Shown here: one piece after another, positions 60,691 to 64,000 of the stretch
Numbering within the stretch: the stretch's first letter is position 1
Layout of the letters: each line of letters opens with the position of its first letter
NCBI GenBank assembly: GCA_049599475.1
Contig: JBMYOQ010000011.1
Span: forward strand, 1-64,000
Length of the DNA: 64,000 bases
Reading direction: 5' to 3'
Origin: Opitutales bacterium
Lineage (GTDB): Bacteria; Verrucomicrobiota; Verrucomicrobiia; Opitutales; JABSRG01
The notes under the pieces: generated by a model
What the model was told of the DNA's origin: nothing
Databases searched by the model: none
What the model saw: the letters and a program-made list of their open reading frames with translations, nothing else
Made by a program: the position numbers and the translations under genes

Positions 60691-60993
60691 AAGTGTGATG
60701 TCGGTTGAAATGGTGATTTCGTTACCCTGTTAAAACATAGCGTTTAGATTATGTTGCGACTAAAATTAAACGTTTTATGCGGGGTAAAAAGTGGAATTCT
60801 GAGAAGAAATTACCAAGACCCAGGCATGAGTTTTCGATGCCTTTTGATGGGAAATTTCCGGATTGGAAGGTTGCCGAGGTCCTTAGAGCGGCGGACGCCC
60901 GGAGGAAGGCGGGTAAGCTGTAGCAGCGGTCTTAGGCCTTTGGAAAACGGCTAAGACCTGCGTAGACTTTCGTTAAAGTCAGATCAGGACACT

Positions 60994-62685
60994 CTACGCG
61001 TTCTTCAGCCTGTTGAAGGCACTGACGACCGCATAGAGACTAGCAGCCTCGATATTGGAGTCCAAGGCAGCTCCGAAGAACTTTTTGCCAGTGTTTAACT
61101 GCTCGAGTACAATGTAACATGCGGACTGAGTCGCAGAGCCATGACCGATCGCGTGCTGTCGGTAATCGACCAGCTGGAAGTCCTTCCACCCTTGTTGGTC
61201 AATCGCGTTCACGAGTGAGCTGATGGGGCCGTTACCTTGTCCTTCGAGCTCTACTTCCTTGCCTGCAAAGGTTGCGGGAGCTACAAAGGTAACCGCGTCG
61301 ACATCCTCCTCTTGGTGCATTACGCGATAGCGGAGCACTTCCAAGGGTGTCTTAGCCTCAAGATATGTCTTTTTGAAGACCTCGTATACTTCCTCATTAT
61401 TCAACTCGCGTCCGAGGCTGTCGGCATGCGCGTTTACGATACCGCCGATTTCTATGTGCATGGCCTTCGGAAGGTCCAAGCCATAGCCGCGAGAGAGGAT
61501 ATAGGCTACGCCGCCCTTACCGCTCTGGCTGTTAATGCGGATAATGGCTTCGTAAGAGCGGCCAATATCATGGGGATCGATTGGAAGGTAGGGGACGGCC
61601 CAGAGTGGCTCAGTCTCGGCGCCTTCGCCAGCCGCTTTTACGCGGTCCATACCCTTCTTGATGGCATCTTGGTGCGAGCCTGAAAACGCGGTAAAGACGA
61701 GGTCGCCGGCGTATGGATGGCGGTCATGCACGTCCATGCGAGTGACCCGCTCGTAGACTTCGCGGATCTTGGGCAAGTCGCTCAAATCGAGCAGTGGGTC
61801 TACGCCTTGAGTGTAGAGATTCAGGGCGACCTGTACGATATCCAGGTTGCCAGTGCGCTCGCCGTTTCCAAAAAGCGTGCCTTCGACGCGGTCAGCGCCT
61901 GCCATCAAAGCCAACTCGGTGGCAGCTGTTCCGGTGCCGCGGTCGTTGTGCGTATGCAGGCTGATGATGGCTGCATCACGGTCTTTCAGGCTTTGGCAAA
62001 ACCATTCGATCTGGTCCGCATGCACATTGGGTGTCGCCATCTCGACGGTCGCTGGAAGGTTCAGTATCACTGGCTTCTCAGCACGAGCTTCCCAAACCTC
62101 CATCACGGCTTCGCAGACTTCCAAGGCGTAATCGACCTCAGTATCTGAAAAGCTTTCGGGGGAGTATTGAAGCATCACGTCGGTGTCGCTCAAGCGATCC
62201 AAGCGTTCTTGCACCCACTGTGCCCCCTGCACTGCGATCGCTTTGATCTCTTCTTTGGTCTTTCCAAAGGTGACCTCGCGTTGCAGAGGATTCGTGGAAT
62301 TATACAGGTGGATGACTACCTTTTTCGCGCCTTCCAAGCTCTCTACGGTGCGTTCAATCAAGTGCTCCCGAGCTTGGACCAAAACCTGAAGTGCAACATC
62401 ATCGGGCACACGGTTTTCCTCGATCAAACGACGTGCAAAATTGAATTCAGTATCCGATGCAGACGGAAACCCGATCTCGATCTGCTTAAAGCCGATCTTC
62501 ACTAAAAGCTCGAAAAACTCCAACTTCTCCTCGACCGACATCGGGATCGCGAGCGCCTGATTACCGTCCCGGAGATCGACACTGCACCAGATGGGCGCTT
62601 TTTCGATACGCTTATCTGGCCAAGTCCGGTTTTTAATCGGGATCGCCGGAAAGGGGCGATACTTGGAGATTGGGTGCTTTTGCAT
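60994..62685 (-). CDS. leuA: 2-isopropylmalate synthase (yeast/actinobacterial type)
   Basis: WCSVDLRDGNQAL, YSPESF, NLPATVE, LHTHNDRG, GNGERTGN, AFSGSHQDAI, RINSQSGKGG; start ATG 62685. Confidence 0.95.
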   Translation of the reverse strand: MQKHPISKYRPFPAIPIKNRTWPDKRIEKAPIWCSVDLRDGNQALAIPMSVEEKLEFFELLVKIGFKQIEIGFPSASDTEFNFARRLIEENRVPDDVALQVLVQAREHLIERTVESLEGAKKVVIHLYNSTNPLQREVTFGKTKEEIKAIAVQGAQWVQERLDRLSDTDVMLQYSPESFSDTEVDYALEVCEAVMEVWEARAEKPVILNLPATVEMATPNVHADQIEWFCQSLKDRDAAIISLHTHNDRGTGTAATELALMAGADRVEGTLFGNGERTGNLDIVQVALNLYTQGVDPLLDLSDLPKIREVYERVTRMDVHDRHPYAGDLVFTAFSGSHQDAIKKGMDRVKAAGEGAETEPLWAVPYLPIDPHDIGRSYEAIIRINSQSGKGGVAYILSRGYGLDLPKAMHIEIGGIVNAHADSLGRELNNEEVYEVFKKTYLEAKTPLEVLRYRVMHQEEDVDAVTFVAPATFAGKEVELEGQGNGPISSLVNAIDQQGWKDFQLVDYRQHAIGHGSATQSACYIVLEQLNTGKKFFGAALDSNIEAASLYAVVSAFNRLKNA

Positions 62686-62832
62686 GGTAGGTAAAAAGGA
62701 TGAAGGATGAGGGATGACGGAGCGCGTTAGCGCGGAGATGGCACCGTAAGCTTGCGAACGGTGGCCGAAGGCCGACGAAGCGGGTGCCCTTCGGGCAGCT
62801 GAGGAGCAAACCACCGTAACCCTCGCCGCGTT

Positions 62833-63999
62833 CTATTTTTCAGGACCAGAACTAATCAAAATCTCTCTCGCAGACTTTCCTTGTTGGATCATAGGCAAGA
62901 CGTGCTCGGTGTAGGGAACAACCACGTCTAGCAGGTAAGGGCCGTCGTGAGCGAGCATGTCTTGAATTGCGGCGCGGAGGTCTTCGCGTCGGATTACACG
63001 ACGTGCTTTCACGCCGAAGCCTTCGGCGATTTTAACGAAGTCCGGATACAGGCCGTCGATGTTTTCGGGGCCGCCGATGTTGTTCGGGTCGCCCAGGATC
63101 GTTTGGCCACGCACACTCTCGTAAAGCAGGTCTTCCCACTGGACCACCATGCCCAAGTGCTGGTTGTTTATTATGATGGTCTTGGCGTTGATCTTTTCGA
63201 TGGCCTGGGTCGCCAGTTCCTGGACATTCATCAGGAAGCAGCCGTCGCCATCAATATTGATCACTTCCTTGTCCGGAAATGCAACCTTTGCTCCGATCGC
63301 TGCCGGGAGGCCGAATCCCATGGTGCCTAAACCCAGCGAGCTGATATATCGGCGTGGCTCGGAAAATTTGTAATATTGCGCCGCCCACATTTGGTGCTGC
63401 CCGACCCCTGTGGTGATGATGGCATCTCCCTTTGTTTCTTCGTAAAGTACCTCGATCGCTTCTTGAGGAAGGATGTGCTTATTCGGCTCGTATTGGAAGG
63501 GGTATTCCTTTTTCCAGCCGTTCAGCTTAACGTACCAGCCTTTGTAGTCGCGAGGCTCGATCTTGCGCTGGTCTACCAGCTCGATCATGCGGCGCAGCGC
63601 GTATTTAATATCGGTGTGGATCGGGAAATGCGCGGGCTTATTCTTATTGTGCTCCGAGCGATCGATATCGAAGTGAACGATCGTTGATTTCGGGGCAAAT
63701 TTATCTACGCGGCCGGTGATGCGGTCGTCGAAGCGCGCGCCGGCACAAATAAGAAGATCACTTTCGAGAACGGCCCAGTTTCCGGCTACCGTGCCATGCA
63801 TGCCAAACCAGTAGAGTGAACGCTCGTCTTCTGCTGGGTAAGCGCCCAAGCCCATCAAGGTCGAAGCTACTGGGATATTGAGCATCTTCGCGAAGCCGCG
63901 GAGCTCGTCTACAGCATCCCCAGAGATGATGCCACCGCCGGTGTAGAGAACCGGGCGTTCCGCTTGTTTGATCAGTTCCAGAACGACCAATAGATCGTC
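62833..63999 (-). CDS. ilvB: Acetolactate synthase large subunit (5' part outside the window)
   Basis: [38 protein letters not shown] motif DGDG...NN, GMVVQWE; frame open to the window end. Confidence 0.93.
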   Translation of the reverse strand, partial: DDLLVVLELIKQAERPVLYTGGGIISGDAVDELRGFAKMLNIPVASTLMGLGAYPAEDERSLYWFGMHGTVAGNWAVLESDLLICAGARFDDRITGRVDKFAPKSTIVHFDIDRSEHNKNKPAHFPIHTDIKYALRRMIELVDQRKIEPRDYKGWYVKLNGWKKEYPFQYEPNKHILPQEAIEVLYEETKGDAIITTGVGQHQMWAAQYYKFSEPRRYISSLGLGTMGFGLPAAIGAKVAFPDKEVINIDGDGCFLMNVQELATQAIEKINAKTIIINNQHLGMVVQWEDLLYESVRGQTILGDPNNIGGPENIDGLYPDFVKIAEGFGVKARRVIRREDLRAAIQDMLAHDGPYLLDVVVPYTEHVLPMIQQGKSAREILISSGPEK

Positions 64000-64000
64000 G

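Overview
Bacterial chromosomal window, most likely from a Verrucomicrobiota (Opitutia-like) genome. This is inferred from the long IspG, the multiple signal-peptide sulfatases, the DGDG-type repeats and the intergenic repeat style. Position 1-51 looks like an IS21-family end. It is followed by an accessory conflict locus (1-7.7 kb): a 5'-truncated large polymorphic toxin with an HH-type nuclease-like tip plus candidate immunity gene, an orphan Hint-toxin/immunity cassette, and a Y1/RAYT HUH transposase. The 8.8-22 kb region is the most interesting. It holds a nitrogen-scavenging operon behind a sigma54-type promoter (ABC transporter, creatininase-family amidohydrolase, divergent GlnT/GmaS-like gamma-glutamyl ligase, CgdAB, guanidine-type urea carboxylase, allophanate hydrolase). 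No guanidine riboswitch is visible. Instead there is a divergent NikR-family regulator that has lost all four nickel ligands, with repeated GTAATAC boxes in the shared spacer. The rest contains a solitary KAP NTPase, a DUF547/permuted flavin-FeS membrane oxidoreductase/GT2 unit, ispG, a TPR-SLOG-class III cyclase fusion, YbbAP/TesA, pepF, a PurM-like gene, an acidic repeat membrane protein, murJ, split pta, lipA, radC, photolyase, four sulfatases, leuA and a partial ilvB. No rRNA, tRNA or CRISPR array was seen. All family calls come from motif recognition by eye, with no database searches.
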